A DNA stretch of 64,000 bases, from NCBI GenBank assembly GCA_050012255.1, contig JBEKHN010000005.1, positions 1-64,000 on the forward strand, written 5' to 3'. This document shows positions 28,564 through 38,122 of this stretch, piece by piece. Both the position numbers and the translations under genes were made by a program. The stretch comes from Candidatus Bathyarchaeia archaeon. GTDB lineage: Archaea; Thermoproteota; Bathyarchaeia; Bathyarchaeales; Bathycorpusculaceae. Each line of letters begins with the position of its first letter. The stretch's first letter is position 1. The notes below the pieces were generated by a model. The model had not been told where the DNA came from and did no database searches. It saw only the letters and a list, made by a program, of their open reading frames with translations.

Positions 28564-30273
28564 GTGAACAGCATGGAAAAATCCACTCACGACGTAGCCA
28601 TAGTCGGAGCCGGCCTAGCCGGTCTTAGAGCCGCGGTGGCTGCCGCTGAGGTCAGCGACAAACTGGACATAGCCGTAATCTCAAAGCACCACCCCATACG
28701 TTCACACTCGGTGTGCGCGCAGGGTGGAACCGCAGCGGCGATGCGTGAAAAGGACTCGTTTGACCTTCACGCTTTCGACACGGTGAAGGGCGCTGATTAC
28801 CTAGCAGACCAAGATGTCGTAGAATTCTTCGTAAAACAGGCTCCAAGAGAAATAGTCCTCACTGAACATTGGGGATGCCCCTGGAGCCGAACCCCAGACG
28901 GAAAGATAGACCAAAGAGCGTTCGGCGGCCACACGCTTCCACGAGCATGCTTTGCAGCGGACATGACCGGATTCCACGAGATGCACGCGTTGTACGGAAA
29001 AGCAACGTCATACCCAAACATCAAGTTTTACGACGAGTGGTTCGCCACCTCGCTCATAGTCGAGAACGACAGGGCAGCAGGGTTAACGGCGATAGAAATG
29101 AAAAGCGGGGAGATGAACGCGTTCAGTGCCAAATCGATCGTGATGGCAACCGGAGGTCACGAACGCATCTACGAGTTCACCACTTTTTCACACACAACAA
29201 CCGGCGACGGAATGGCAATGGCCTACCGTGCCGGAGCACCACTGGAAGACATGGAATTTGTGCAATTTCATCCGACAGGCTTGGTCCCATCCGGCGTGCT
29301 GATAACCGAAGGAGCCCGTGGCGAAGGAGGCTACTTGGTCAACTCCAGCGGCGAGCGTTTCATGAAACGCTATGCGCCAGAGAAGATGGAGCTCGCACCA
29401 CGCGACGTAGTTTCAAGGGCTGAACAGACGGAAATCCTGGAAGGAAGAGGTCTGCAAGGACCTCACGGGCCCTACATAGCAATAGACCTGAGGCACTTGG
29501 GTGAAGAAAAAATCAACCTGAGATTGCCGCTGATCCGAGATGTTGCAATGAAACTCGGGGGCGTGGACCCTGTAAAGGAGTTGATACCGATCAGACCCGC
29601 GGCTCACTACTCGATGGGAGGAATCAAAGCCAACATGAGAACCGAAACGCCGATTTCTGGGTTGTACGCTTCTGGAGAATGCTCTTGTCTGAGCATACAC
29701 GGAGCAAATAGGCTGGGAACGAACTCGACAAGCGAGTGCCTAGTCTTCGGAGCGGTGTCAGGCGAGGAAGCTGCCAAGCATGCCATGAGGAACGGTGTGC
29801 ATGAGATTCAACGTGAAAGGTTTATGGCGGAAGAAAAGCGGGTTTTTGATGGGATACTGGGAAGCGAGGGCGGTGAAAGTGTGCCCAAAATCAGGGATGA
29901 GATGAGGCGAACGATGAATGAGAAAGCTTGGATCTACCGAAGAGGCGACTTGCTTGAAAACGGCCTGAAAGAGATAAGACAGTTGAAGGAGAGATTCAAA
30001 AAAATGAAGGTGGAGGACAAGGGCAGACCATTCAACACTGGCATGCTGAATGCCCTGCAGCTGGACTTTATGCTGGAGCTGGCTGAGGTCACCTTTGTCG
30101 GAGCGCTTCCAAGAAACGAGTCGCGTGGAGCCCACTCGAGAACCGATTATCCAAAACGTGACGACGAAAAATGGCTGAAACACACACTGGCGTACTACAC
30201 GAAAGATGGACCAAGACTAGAGTACTCGCCAGTCACGATCACAAGGTGGCCGCCCGCGGCTAGAACCTATTAG
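28564..30273 (+). CDS. sdhA: succinate dehydrogenase/fumarate reductase flavoprotein
   Basis: GAGLAG, RSHSVCAQGG, QFHPTG, EGARGEGG, HGANRLG. Confidence 0.93.
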   Translation: MNSMEKSTHDVAIVGAGLAGLRAAVAAAEVSDKLDIAVISKHHPIRSHSVCAQGGTAAAMREKDSFDLHAFDTVKGADYLADQDVVEFFVKQAPREIVLTEHWGCPWSRTPDGKIDQRAFGGHTLPRACFAADMTGFHEMHALYGKATSYPNIKFYDEWFATSLIVENDRAAGLTAIEMKSGEMNAFSAKSIVMATGGHERIYEFTTFSHTTTGDGMAMAYRAGAPLEDMEFVQFHPTGLVPSGVLITEGARGEGGYLVNSSGERFMKRYAPEKMELAPRDVVSRAEQTEILEGRGLQGPHGPYIAIDLRHLGEEKINLRLPLIRDVAMKLGGVDPVKELIPIRPAAHYSMGGIKANMRTETPISGLYASGECSCLSIHGANRLGTNSTSECLVFGAVSGEEAAKHAMRNGVHEIQRERFMAEEKRVFDGILGSEGGESVPKIRDEMRRTMNEKAWIYRRGDLLENGLKEIRQLKERFKKMKVEDKGRPFNTGMLNALQLDFMLELAEVTFVGALPRNESRGAHSRTDYPKRDDEKWLKHTLAYYTKDGPRLEYSPVTITRWPPAARTY

Positions 30274-30277
30274 AAGG

Positions 30278-31852
30278 GTGAGCTTGATGAGCACACGCGT
30301 TGAGAAAACCGTCGAGTTCAAGATAAACCGTTTTGATCCTACGCAAAAGAGAAGGTACACTTCAACGTTCAAGGTTCCAGTTCGAAAAGGAACAACACTG
30401 CTGGACGCTCTTCTCTACGTCAAGGACAATCTGGACGAATCACTCACTTTCAGGCAGTCGTGCAGAATGGGCATATGCGGAGACTGCGCCATCAACGTCA
30501 ACGGAAAACCCATGTTAGCATGCTACACGCAGATTCTCGACCTCGGTGCAGACTCGTTACTCATCGAACCGCTCTCGAACGCACCGGTCATAAAAGACCT
30601 GGTGGTCGATATGCAGCCTTTCTTCGACACGTACAAGAGGATAAAGCCTTACTTGATCAAACCCGGAGACGAGCTGAAAAAACCAGACGAATTTGCCCAG
30701 TCTCCAGCCGACCTCAAGAAGTACTGGGACCTAACGCTCTGCATAAAATGTTCCATCTGCAACTCGGCATGCCCCGCGATCATAGACGAGAAATTCTTAG
30801 GTCCCTCGGCTTTAACCTCGAACTACCGGTTTGTAGCAGATTCAAGGGATCAAGGCGCGGATGAACGCTTAAAGCCGATGGCAGACAACGTTTGGCTGTG
30901 CACCCAGTGCAATTCTTGCACGCTTTTCTGCCCCAAGAAACTAAGCTGCGCCGACGCGATAGTTGACGACCACAGCCTTCTCGTAGAGAACAGCAACATT
31001 CCCAGAACCGTCAAAGACGTACTCGAGAGCGTCTACAAATACCACAACCCAATGAGCACACCGCAGACAAAAAGAATGGACTGGGCAAAAGACCTGAACG
31101 TAAAAACTTACCCAACAGTCACCAAAGCCGATGTGCTCTTCTTCGTTTGCTGCTCAAACGTCTACGACCTGAGAAACCAGGAAGCCGCCAGAAACATGGT
31201 CGGAGTGTTCAACAGCATGGGCCTGTCCTTCGCAACGCTGGGCGCCGAAGAGTGGTGCTGCGGAGACCACATGCTGAGAATGGGCGAGAAAGGACTCTTC
31301 GAAGAACTGGCCGAACACAACATCTCCATGTTCAAGAAGCTCGACGCTGAAAAGATTGTGACGCTATCACCGCACTGCTACAACACTTTCAAGAACGACA
31401 AACCATACAAAGACGCCAACCTCAACGTTCAACACTACACACAATTCTTGGCTGAGGCAATAAACGACGGCAAGATCAAACTCGGCAAGCCAGTGAAGAA
31501 AACCGTTGCCTACCATGATCCATGCTTCCTGGGCAAGCGCAACGACGTGTTCGACGCGCCCAGACAGATCTTGCAATCAATAGACGGCATCAAGCTTGTT
31601 GAGATGAAGAGAACAAGACAGAGCAGCTTTTGCTGCGGCGGAGGAGCAGGGAGAGTCTGGACAGAAGACGCGGTGACCGAGAAGAGGCCCAGCACGAATA
31701 GACTTCGGGAAGCCCTTGAACTCGGCGTTGACACCGTGGCCGTTGCATGTCCCTACTGCGTGACAACTCTCGAAGACGCAGTAAAAGTATTGGACGTCGA
31801 AAACAAGATTGCCGTGAAAGACATCCTCGAACTCGTCAAAGAAGCGATGTAG
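30278..31852 (+). CDS. SdhB/FrdB Fe-S subunit fused to two CCG domains (TfrB/HdrD-like)
   Basis: SCRMGICGDC, CIKCSICNSACP, then WCCG, YHDPCFLG, FCCGGG, ACPYC. Confidence 0.88.
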   Translation: MSLMSTRVEKTVEFKINRFDPTQKRRYTSTFKVPVRKGTTLLDALLYVKDNLDESLTFRQSCRMGICGDCAINVNGKPMLACYTQILDLGADSLLIEPLSNAPVIKDLVVDMQPFFDTYKRIKPYLIKPGDELKKPDEFAQSPADLKKYWDLTLCIKCSICNSACPAIIDEKFLGPSALTSNYRFVADSRDQGADERLKPMADNVWLCTQCNSCTLFCPKKLSCADAIVDDHSLLVENSNIPRTVKDVLESVYKYHNPMSTPQTKRMDWAKDLNVKTYPTVTKADVLFFVCCSNVYDLRNQEAARNMVGVFNSMGLSFATLGAEEWCCGDHMLRMGEKGLFEELAEHNISMFKKLDAEKIVTLSPHCYNTFKNDKPYKDANLNVQHYTQFLAEAINDGKIKLGKPVKKTVAYHDPCFLGKRNDVFDAPRQILQSIDGIKLVEMKRTRQSSFCCGGGAGRVWTEDAVTEKRPSTNRLREALELGVDTVAVACPYCVTTLEDAVKVLDVENKIAVKDILELVKEAM

Positions 31853-32013
31853 GGCCCCGGGAAATTTCGCGGCTTTCTCAACATGCGTTTTTTCTCATGT
31901 TTCCCGGTTTCTCACTTGCTCTAGCTTCTCTCCATGGAGATTCTCGTTTGCAAATCGATAAATTAATATCAATCACGCATCGTTCCTTTACAAATAGCAA
32001 GGTGGAGGAAACA

Positions 32014-33861
32014 TTGTTAGGATACGCTGGTCGAATGCTTCATGTTGACTTAACCTCAGGAAAAACCCATGTTGAGCCTTTGAACGAAGAGTACGCTAAG
32101 AAATACCTCGGCGGAATAGGCTTAGGCATGCGCCTGTGGTTAGACAACTCTAAACCCGGAGTGGAACCGTTCAGCCCGGAAAACCCGCTGATCTTGACGA
32201 CTGGGTCGATAGCGGGCACAATGTGGCCCACGGGCGGAAACGGACACGCCTTCGTCTCAAAGTCGCCAGCAAGCTACGGCGTAGGCGAGTCCAAGGCCCA
32301 CGGCACGTTCGGAACAGAGTTGAAAAGAGCCGGATACGACGGCGTAATAATCAAGGGCAAGGCTGAAAAACCAGTCTACATTTGGATTGACGATGACGCT
32401 GTCCAGATTCTGGACGCTTCACGTCTGATGGGTAAGTCGCCGGCCGAGACAGAGGACGCGATAAGAGAAGAGTTGGGAGACTACTACATCCGCGTCGCCG
32501 CGATAGGCGTCGCCGGCGAGAAACTCTCGCGCATCGCGTGCATCATCAACGACAAGACCAGAGCCTGTGGAAGAACTGGACTAGGCGCAATCATGGGGTC
32601 AAAGAACCTGAAGGCAATCGCTGCCCGTGGCACGCATGACATCACGGTGGCTAAGCCTGATGAGTTTATGGAGATGGTCAAAGAGTTTCACGAGAGAATG
32701 AAGGGCCCCGCGGCGCAGAAGTACCGCACTTTGGGCACTGCGGAGAATGTTCTGGTGCACAACTCCTTGGCTTGCATGCCTACGAGGAACTACAACAACG
32801 CATCCTTCGAGGGTGCAGAGAAAGTCAGCGGAGAGTGCCTGAACGAGAAATACGTCGCGAAGATCATAGGATGCAGCTCCTGTGCGATGCGGTGTGAACA
32901 CATGTGCGTCGTTGCAGAAGGTCCGTACAAGGGCACGATGACGCGGATGGAGTACGAGACCTTGTGGGCGCTAGGTCCGTACTGCGGTGTGGATCGCCTT
33001 GACGCGATAATAAAGGGCATGGAACTCTCAAACTACTACGGCGTAGACGCGATTAGCGCCGGCGTTATCGCAGGCTTCACCATGGACTGCTACGAGAAAG
33101 GCATACTGACTGAGAAGGACCTCGGTGGGATAGACGCTCACTTCGGTAACCATGAAGCGATGGTTCAGCTCGTCGAGAAGATTGGCAAACGCGAGGGCAT
33201 AGGTGAAGTGTTGGCCGACGGGGTCAAGGTCGCCTCAGAAAAGATCGGTCAGGGCTCAGAGAAGCTGGCTGCACACATTAAAGGCGTGGAAGTAACGGGT
33301 TACGACCTGAGATGCCTGAAGACGGCGGCGCTGGGTTTTGCAGTTTCGTTCCGTGGAGCAGACCACAATAGACACGGGGCCTACGCGTTCGATGTGAAGG
33401 GAAAAGTCAACCGCTTGATCGCTGAGAAGGGCAGGGGGAAGATGGTGATGGGCATGGAAGACTCGTACGCGGTCATCGACTCGCTGGTCGTGTGCAAGTT
33501 CTCAAGGGGCACTTACTACAAGGAGTGGGAGGACATGGCTAAACTCTACAGCGTCGTCACGGGTTACCCGATGACGCCGGAAGAACTCAGGCGTGCTGGT
33601 GAAAGGATAAACAACCTCGGCAGACTGTTCAACATAAGAGAAGGACTCGGCAGGAAGGACGACACGTTGCCGTACAAGGTTATGCACATGCCGATCCCCG
33701 ACGAGGGCCCGTCAAAAGGAGCCGTCTTTACTCAAGCGGAGCTGGACCTGCTTCTCGATGATTATTATGAAGCCCGCGGCTGGACAAAGCATGGAGTACC
33801 AACAGTGGAGAAGCTCAAGGAACTTGGGATGGAAGACCTAACCACGATAGTTGAGAAGTGA
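32014..33861 (+). CDS. aor: tungsten aldehyde:ferredoxin oxidoreductase family protein
   Basis: GYAGRMLHVDLTSG, ELKRAGYD, GRTGLGAIMGSKNLKAI, YYEARGW; TTG start after GGAGG. Confidence 0.93.
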   Translation: MLGYAGRMLHVDLTSGKTHVEPLNEEYAKKYLGGIGLGMRLWLDNSKPGVEPFSPENPLILTTGSIAGTMWPTGGNGHAFVSKSPASYGVGESKAHGTFGTELKRAGYDGVIIKGKAEKPVYIWIDDDAVQILDASRLMGKSPAETEDAIREELGDYYIRVAAIGVAGEKLSRIACIINDKTRACGRTGLGAIMGSKNLKAIAARGTHDITVAKPDEFMEMVKEFHERMKGPAAQKYRTLGTAENVLVHNSLACMPTRNYNNASFEGAEKVSGECLNEKYVAKIIGCSSCAMRCEHMCVVAEGPYKGTMTRMEYETLWALGPYCGVDRLDAIIKGMELSNYYGVDAISAGVIAGFTMDCYEKGILTEKDLGGIDAHFGNHEAMVQLVEKIGKREGIGEVLADGVKVASEKIGQGSEKLAAHIKGVEVTGYDLRCLKTAALGFAVSFRGADHNRHGAYAFDVKGKVNRLIAEKGRGKMVMGMEDSYAVIDSLVVCKFSRGTYYKEWEDMAKLYSVVTGYPMTPEELRRAGERINNLGRLFNIREGLGRKDDTLPYKVMHMPIPDEGPSKGAVFTQAELDLLLDDYYEARGWTKHGVPTVEKLKELGMEDLTTIVEK

Positions 33862-33875
33862 CCGGAGGAAAAACC

Positions 33876-34385
33876 ATGGTGAAGATTCATGATAGAAAAT
33901 TCGTTTCAGCAGACCCGGACAAGTGCGTAGGATGCCAAGTGTGCGAGTACATCTGCTCATGGACGAAGGAAAAAGCCTTCAACCCGTTGAAATCCAGAAT
34001 ACGCGTCGTGAGGATAAACCAGCTGATAAACATGGCAGTCACGTGCAGACTCTGCGAAGACCCGCCCTGCGTTGCCGCATGCCCAAGAGAGGCGCTGACC
34101 CAATCAGAAGAAACAGGACTCGTGTCCGTGGACAAAGACAAGTGCAACGGCTGCGGATGGTGCATCGAAGCATGCGACTACGGCGCAATCATGCTGCATC
34201 CAGACAGCAAAGTGGTCTACATTTGTGACTTGTGCAAAGAAAAAGGGGAGCCCCAATGCATCAAATGGTGCCCAGAAGAAGCCCTAGACCTCGTCACGAG
34301 CGACGTCCTGGCACAGAAGGCAAGAATCACAGCGGTGAAGAAACTCTTCCAAGAAGCCGTACAAGAAACAACAAAGAAGTCCTAG
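33876..34385 (+). CDS. 4Fe-4S dicluster protein (AOR partner)
   Basis: Multiple CxxCxxCxxxC motifs. Confidence 0.9.
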   Translation: MVKIHDRKFVSADPDKCVGCQVCEYICSWTKEKAFNPLKSRIRVVRINQLINMAVTCRLCEDPPCVAACPREALTQSEETGLVSVDKDKCNGCGWCIEACDYGAIMLHPDSKVVYICDLCKEKGEPQCIKWCPEEALDLVTSDVLAQKARITAVKKLFQEAVQETTKKS

Positions 34386-34409
34386 CACGCGCTAACTTAT
34401 TCAAAAGTA

Positions 34410-34633
34410 TCAAATCTCTTTTAAGAGTTTGAGGAATTCTTCCCTCGTCAGGCCTGCTTCACTTATGATTTCCATCAGTAAACCTCTTTTTATCTCTCTA
34501 TGTCTTGGAACTGGCACAATGCACTCGTTTTGATGAGCATTAGATGGCTTCCCTTTTTTCTAGCAACTCGGAAACCCAGTTTCGCAAGGACTTTAACAAC
34601 TTCACGCCAAGAGAGCAGAGGGAGCTTCGACAA
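34410..34633 (-). pseudogene. hicA: HicA toxin with a 1-nt frameshift
   Basis: MSKLPLLSWREVVKVLAKLGFRVARKKGSHLMLIK, then shifted frame ECIVPVPRHREIKRGLLMEIISEAGLTREEF; span is 224 nt. Confidence 0.75.
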
Positions 34634-34832
34634 CTACCTCAACCTTTTCTCCTCTAATCTTGCCGTGAAGCTTTGCCTTAACTTCCAAATAGCCCTCAAT
34701 AGCTTCCCTGATGTTTTTTAGGGCTTCATCCCTTGTTTCGCCTTGAGTAGCTACTGGAAGCTCCAAGCACTTAACTACGAAGCCGCCCTCCTCAGCAGGC
34801 TCCAAAACAACCGTGAACCTACGGGTAACCAT
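34602..34832 (-). CDS. hicB: HicB-family antitoxin
   Basis: FTVVLEPAEEGGFVV..ELP.ATQGETRDEALKNIREAI. Confidence 0.88.
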   Translation of the reverse strand: MVTRRFTVVLEPAEEGGFVVKCLELPVATQGETRDEALKNIREAIEGYLEVKAKLHGKIRGEKVEVVVEAPSALLA

Positions 34833-34996
34833 AAAACCGCCAGAAACACAATATTGCGGCATCTATATGAACCTATCTTTAATCTTAAATTGCACTACGA
34901 GAGCATCAGAATCAAATCGTGGTCTTCGCGATTTTCGAACCCTTCCTCTTTTCTCTGAGTCGGGTTCACTCCAGAAGCGCGCTCTATGCTGGCTTG

Positions 34997-35908
34997 CTAC
35001 CGGATGAATCGTGCTAATACCAAGGTCACGTCCTGAACTGGCTTACCGTCATCCGGGTACTGGGGATTCGTGGGGGTTACGGGCACCTGGCTGATAGGGC
35101 CCACGACGTCGTCCATGCCTGCTACCACCGTGCCAAAAACCGAGTAATTGCTGTCCAAACTGGCAGCGTTGGTATCATTCAAGTCTATGAAAAACTGGCT
35201 CGCAGCAGAGTTGGGTTGGCTTGTTTTAGCCATGGCCACTGCTCCGCGCACGTTGCTGTGCTTGTTAGGAAGTTCATCCTGAATCGGAGGCACCGTTATC
35301 CCCTTGGGCGTAGTGTCCCCGCCCTGGATCACAAAACCCTTAGCAACCCTGCTAAAGATGGTTCCATCGTACACTCCTGTGCTCACGAGGTTCTTGAAGT
35401 TAGCCGTTGTAATGGGCATGTCATCGTAGAGTTCGATCGTTATGTCTCCCATACTCGTCACAAGCAGAACTGTGTTTGTGTCAACAAAAAGGCTCTGCAT
35501 CGAAACCGCGTTCCACTTGTTACTGGTGTCGTTGCACCAGAACCTCCATTGAACAACGTCGCCGATCGCGTTGTCCAAGGTCTTCGTAGCCGTGGCATAG
35601 CTAGATGTTGGACCTACGAAATTGGAGAACGGTGTCCACGTGTCATTAACGAACGCGCCAGTGTTGTTGGATTCGAAAATGTAGCCGCTCACGTTCACGT
35701 CATCGGCCCACCGAGTACTGAAGGTACACGATGAACCTGCCACCGTTGAACTGCTTGAGACACTCGAATACGTGGGAAGGCTACTGCCCCCTGGTCCTCC
35801 GCCGTTCATTCGATAAGCCACCACGACTATGCTGAGGATAAACATCGAGGCTACGATGACGATCAACGTGTTTCTGAGCCTGTGAGACTTCCTGCGCCTG
35901 CGTGGCAT
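34997..35908 (-). CDS. membrane-anchored cyclophilin-type peptidyl-prolyl isomerase
   Basis: N-terminal TM; TSMGDITIEL, PITTANF, FVIQGGD, GAVAMA, SQFFI, YSVFG. Confidence 0.88.
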   Translation of the reverse strand: MPRRRRKSHRLRNTLIVIVASMFILSIVVVAYRMNGGGPGGSSLPTYSSVSSSSTVAGSSCTFSTRWADDVNVSGYIFESNNTGAFVNDTWTPFSNFVGPTSSYATATKTLDNAIGDVVQWRFWCNDTSNKWNAVSMQSLFVDTNTVLLVTSMGDITIELYDDMPITTANFKNLVSTGVYDGTIFSRVAKGFVIQGGDTTPKGITVPPIQDELPNKHSNVRGAVAMAKTSQPNSAASQFFIDLNDTNAASLDSNYSVFGTVVAGMDDVVGPISQVPVTPTNPQYPDDGKPVQDVTLVLARFIR

Positions 35909-36080
35909 GGTAGAACCTTCAGCAGAAGAGCATATAAACCTTGAACCTCAACGGCGAGTTGTCGAAACTAATGTATTTAGCTCCAAACAGAGGTGTCCAC
36001 CGCTGGTGCACGTACACTCTATGTTACGGACGTCTCGCATGCCTGTCGCCTGGCAGCAGTCTTCTGGCAGTGTTGGAGGT

Positions 36081-36180
36081 TGTATTCGCGTTTTTTCCAG
36101 TCTATTTTACTCTCACCATCCCCCTCGGGTGTTAGTACTGCAAGTAGGCGCTGGTGAAGGCCCTAGTGGATTTGCGCGGG
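36081..36180 (+). repeat. ~100-bp dispersed repeat, copy A
   Basis: Diverged inverted copy at 44215-44315. Confidence 0.75.
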
Positions 36181-36303
36181 TCTGAGGTCGTCCGCGCGCA
36201 TCGAGCTTGGCGGAGAGTCTGTTGTAGACTTAAGAAACTGTTCATTGTGCTCAACTGTCACGCTGGTTTCTCGTTTCATCTGCTCTGTCGCCCTAGCGCG
36301 CGC

Positions 36304-36426
36304 CAGCTAAAACCGAGAATATCCTATCTTGATGAAAACGGCAAGTGCAGATCTTATGAGCCTGAGCCTGTGAGCGTCATAGTCAAGGAACTTGGGATGA
36401 AGGGTTGGCTCAAAGGAGAGAGATGA
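36304..36426 (+). pseudogene. C-terminal fragment paralogous to the 1096-aa protein
   Basis: LKPRISYLDENGKCRSYEPEPVSVIVKELGMKGWLKGER versus LKPTVLYLDENGKYKSHEPEPVLIVVRELGIKSWLKGER; begins right after TAGCGCGCGC. Confidence 0.85.
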
Positions 36427-36577
36427 TTTGCCAGCTAGTAGCGGGCGCTAGAGAACTCAACGACAAAGAGGCAATCGTGTCCTCGCTTGGACTCCGGCGG
36501 CAGATAATCCTTTGTATCCATGGCTAACAAACGCGGGGCTTTCCTGTGTTGTAGAACATAAAGCTATCACGGGGCGG

Positions 36578-37051
36578 TCAAACTATGAAGTATTTGGGGC
36601 AGAGCTCCATTTCTTTAGCCCAGAAAGACACCTGAAGGTCTTTGACGCCAGGTATTCTTGCGATGTCATCTCTCACCTTGATTAGGTGCTCGAAGCTCAT
36701 CACCACGCTGATAGCGAGCAAATCGTGGTCTCCGACACTTTTCGCAGCTACGATTATGTTAGGCATGCGAATCAGCCTGTCCAGGATCATTGATGAGTCA
36801 GGTGGATTGTTTTGACGCGGCAGGATGTGCGTAGGCGAGGTGTCGATCACAAACACGGCCATTGCTTGATATCCAATCTTCCTCGGGTCGATCACGATCG
36901 TGGACCCGCGAATCGCTCCCTCTCTCTGCAGCGTGGCGTATCTGTGCATCACCGTGTCAGGTGAGACACCGAGTTCCCTGGCAATCTTCCTGAAAGACAT
37001 GCGAGCATCCTCGGTGAGTTTATCAATTATGGCAAGGTCTGTTTTGTCCAA
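36578..37051 (-). CDS. Lrp/AsnC regulator
   Basis: DKTDLAII..L.EDARMSFRKIARELGVS. Confidence 0.9.
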   Translation of the reverse strand: MDKTDLAIIDKLTEDARMSFRKIARELGVSPDTVMHRYATLQREGAIRGSTIVIDPRKIGYQAMAVFVIDTSPTHILPRQNNPPDSSMILDRLIRMPNIIVAAKSVGDHDLLAISVVMSFEHLIKVRDDIARIPGVKDLQVSFWAKEMELCPKYFIV

Positions 37052-37057
37052 TCCTTG

Positions 37058-37537
37058 TCACTTCTTCCTTAGCTGTTCGAATTCAAAGTTCTTTGGACAC
37101 AACAGTATCTCATCGACCCAGATGCTGGTGGCGACCTCCCTGACCATGGGATGTCCTTGTATCGACTCTTTGAGTTGCCCCAACCTGCCAACGTTTTCAA
37201 GTACTGCTATCGCGAATATGTTGTGTCTGCCCATAGATGGGCTGCAGAAAACTACTCCTGGCATCCTTTCGATAAAGTCCACGACATCCTCGACGTGAGG
37301 ATACTCGACGCGAATTCCAAAGCTCGCAACACAATCACAGCCAAAGCTCTTGGGGTTCAACAGTATCGTTGTCCCTCTGACAACACCGGCTCTCCTCAAC
37401 CTCCCAAACCTCTTGCTTATCGTATCCACAGACACCTTGCAACCCTTGGCAATGTCTGCAAAGTTCGTGCGCGCGTCTTCCTGCAAAGCTCGAATGATGT
37501 TAACGTCAATTTCGTCAATCTTCATTTTGGAAGCCAA
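37058..37537 (-). CDS. Lrp/AsnC regulator
   Basis: IDEIDVNIIRALQEDARTNFADIAK; tandem paralog of the neighbouring gene. Confidence 0.9.
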   Translation of the reverse strand: MASKMKIDEIDVNIIRALQEDARTNFADIAKGCKVSVDTISKRFGRLRRAGVVRGTTILLNPKSFGCDCVASFGIRVEYPHVEDVVDFIERMPGVVFCSPSMGRHNIFAIAVLENVGRLGQLKESIQGHPMVREVATSIWVDEILLCPKNFEFEQLRKK

Positions 37538-37759
37538 CTTACCTCCTCCTATCCGAAAAATACGCGTTCAAAGCTTTTAAATCATATGATTTGCCCCTTG
37601 AAATCTTACAGTGTCGAATGTCTCAAGAAGAAAAACGATTATCGCAGGCATTATCCGCAGGATATAACGAGATTATCTTACAATGCACGAATATTGAGCC
37701 TGAAATCGGACAAAATGTATAAATAGGGCCAAATGTGCTTAAAATATTGGGAGAGTAAA

Positions 37760-38083
37760 ATGAAACTAGAACAGATATTTCAAGAAATGAAAAGCAGAGA
37801 TTCAAGTGAGGAGCTGATAAAGAGAAGATACGCGTGCGCTAGCTGCGGAATAACTTGGACTGAGTTTGTAGGGATGGTCATCGGCCACAGAGACGGAAAG
37901 GAAGACCTGTGCCTTCGAATCGGAATGGAATCAGAAGCGTGCCAAGTGTGCAGATTGAAAGCCAGAGAGTGCCAAGAATGTGGTTCAAAAGATGTGTATG
38001 AGCTCAGGTTTGAAGAGGAAGTTTCCGAGGTCCCACTGAGCTTCAAAGGCATAAAAACGGTCGACAGAGGATCACGCGATTGA
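37760..38083 (+). CDS. small Zn-ribbon protein
   Basis: CASC, CQVC and CQEC pairs. Confidence 0.6.
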   Translation: MKLEQIFQEMKSRDSSEELIKRRYACASCGITWTEFVGMVIGHRDGKEDLCLRIGMESEACQVCRLKARECQECGSKDVYELRFEEEVSEVPLSFKGIKTVDRGSRD

Positions 38084-38122
38084 TGTGCTGTGAAATCGAG
38101 ATAATGTGGAGATGAAAAGAAT

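Noticed and set aside
31747-32013. N-terminal extension of AOR in the ORF track
   Set aside because: It overlaps the upstream gene and intergenic DNA; homology begins at the TTG near 32014.
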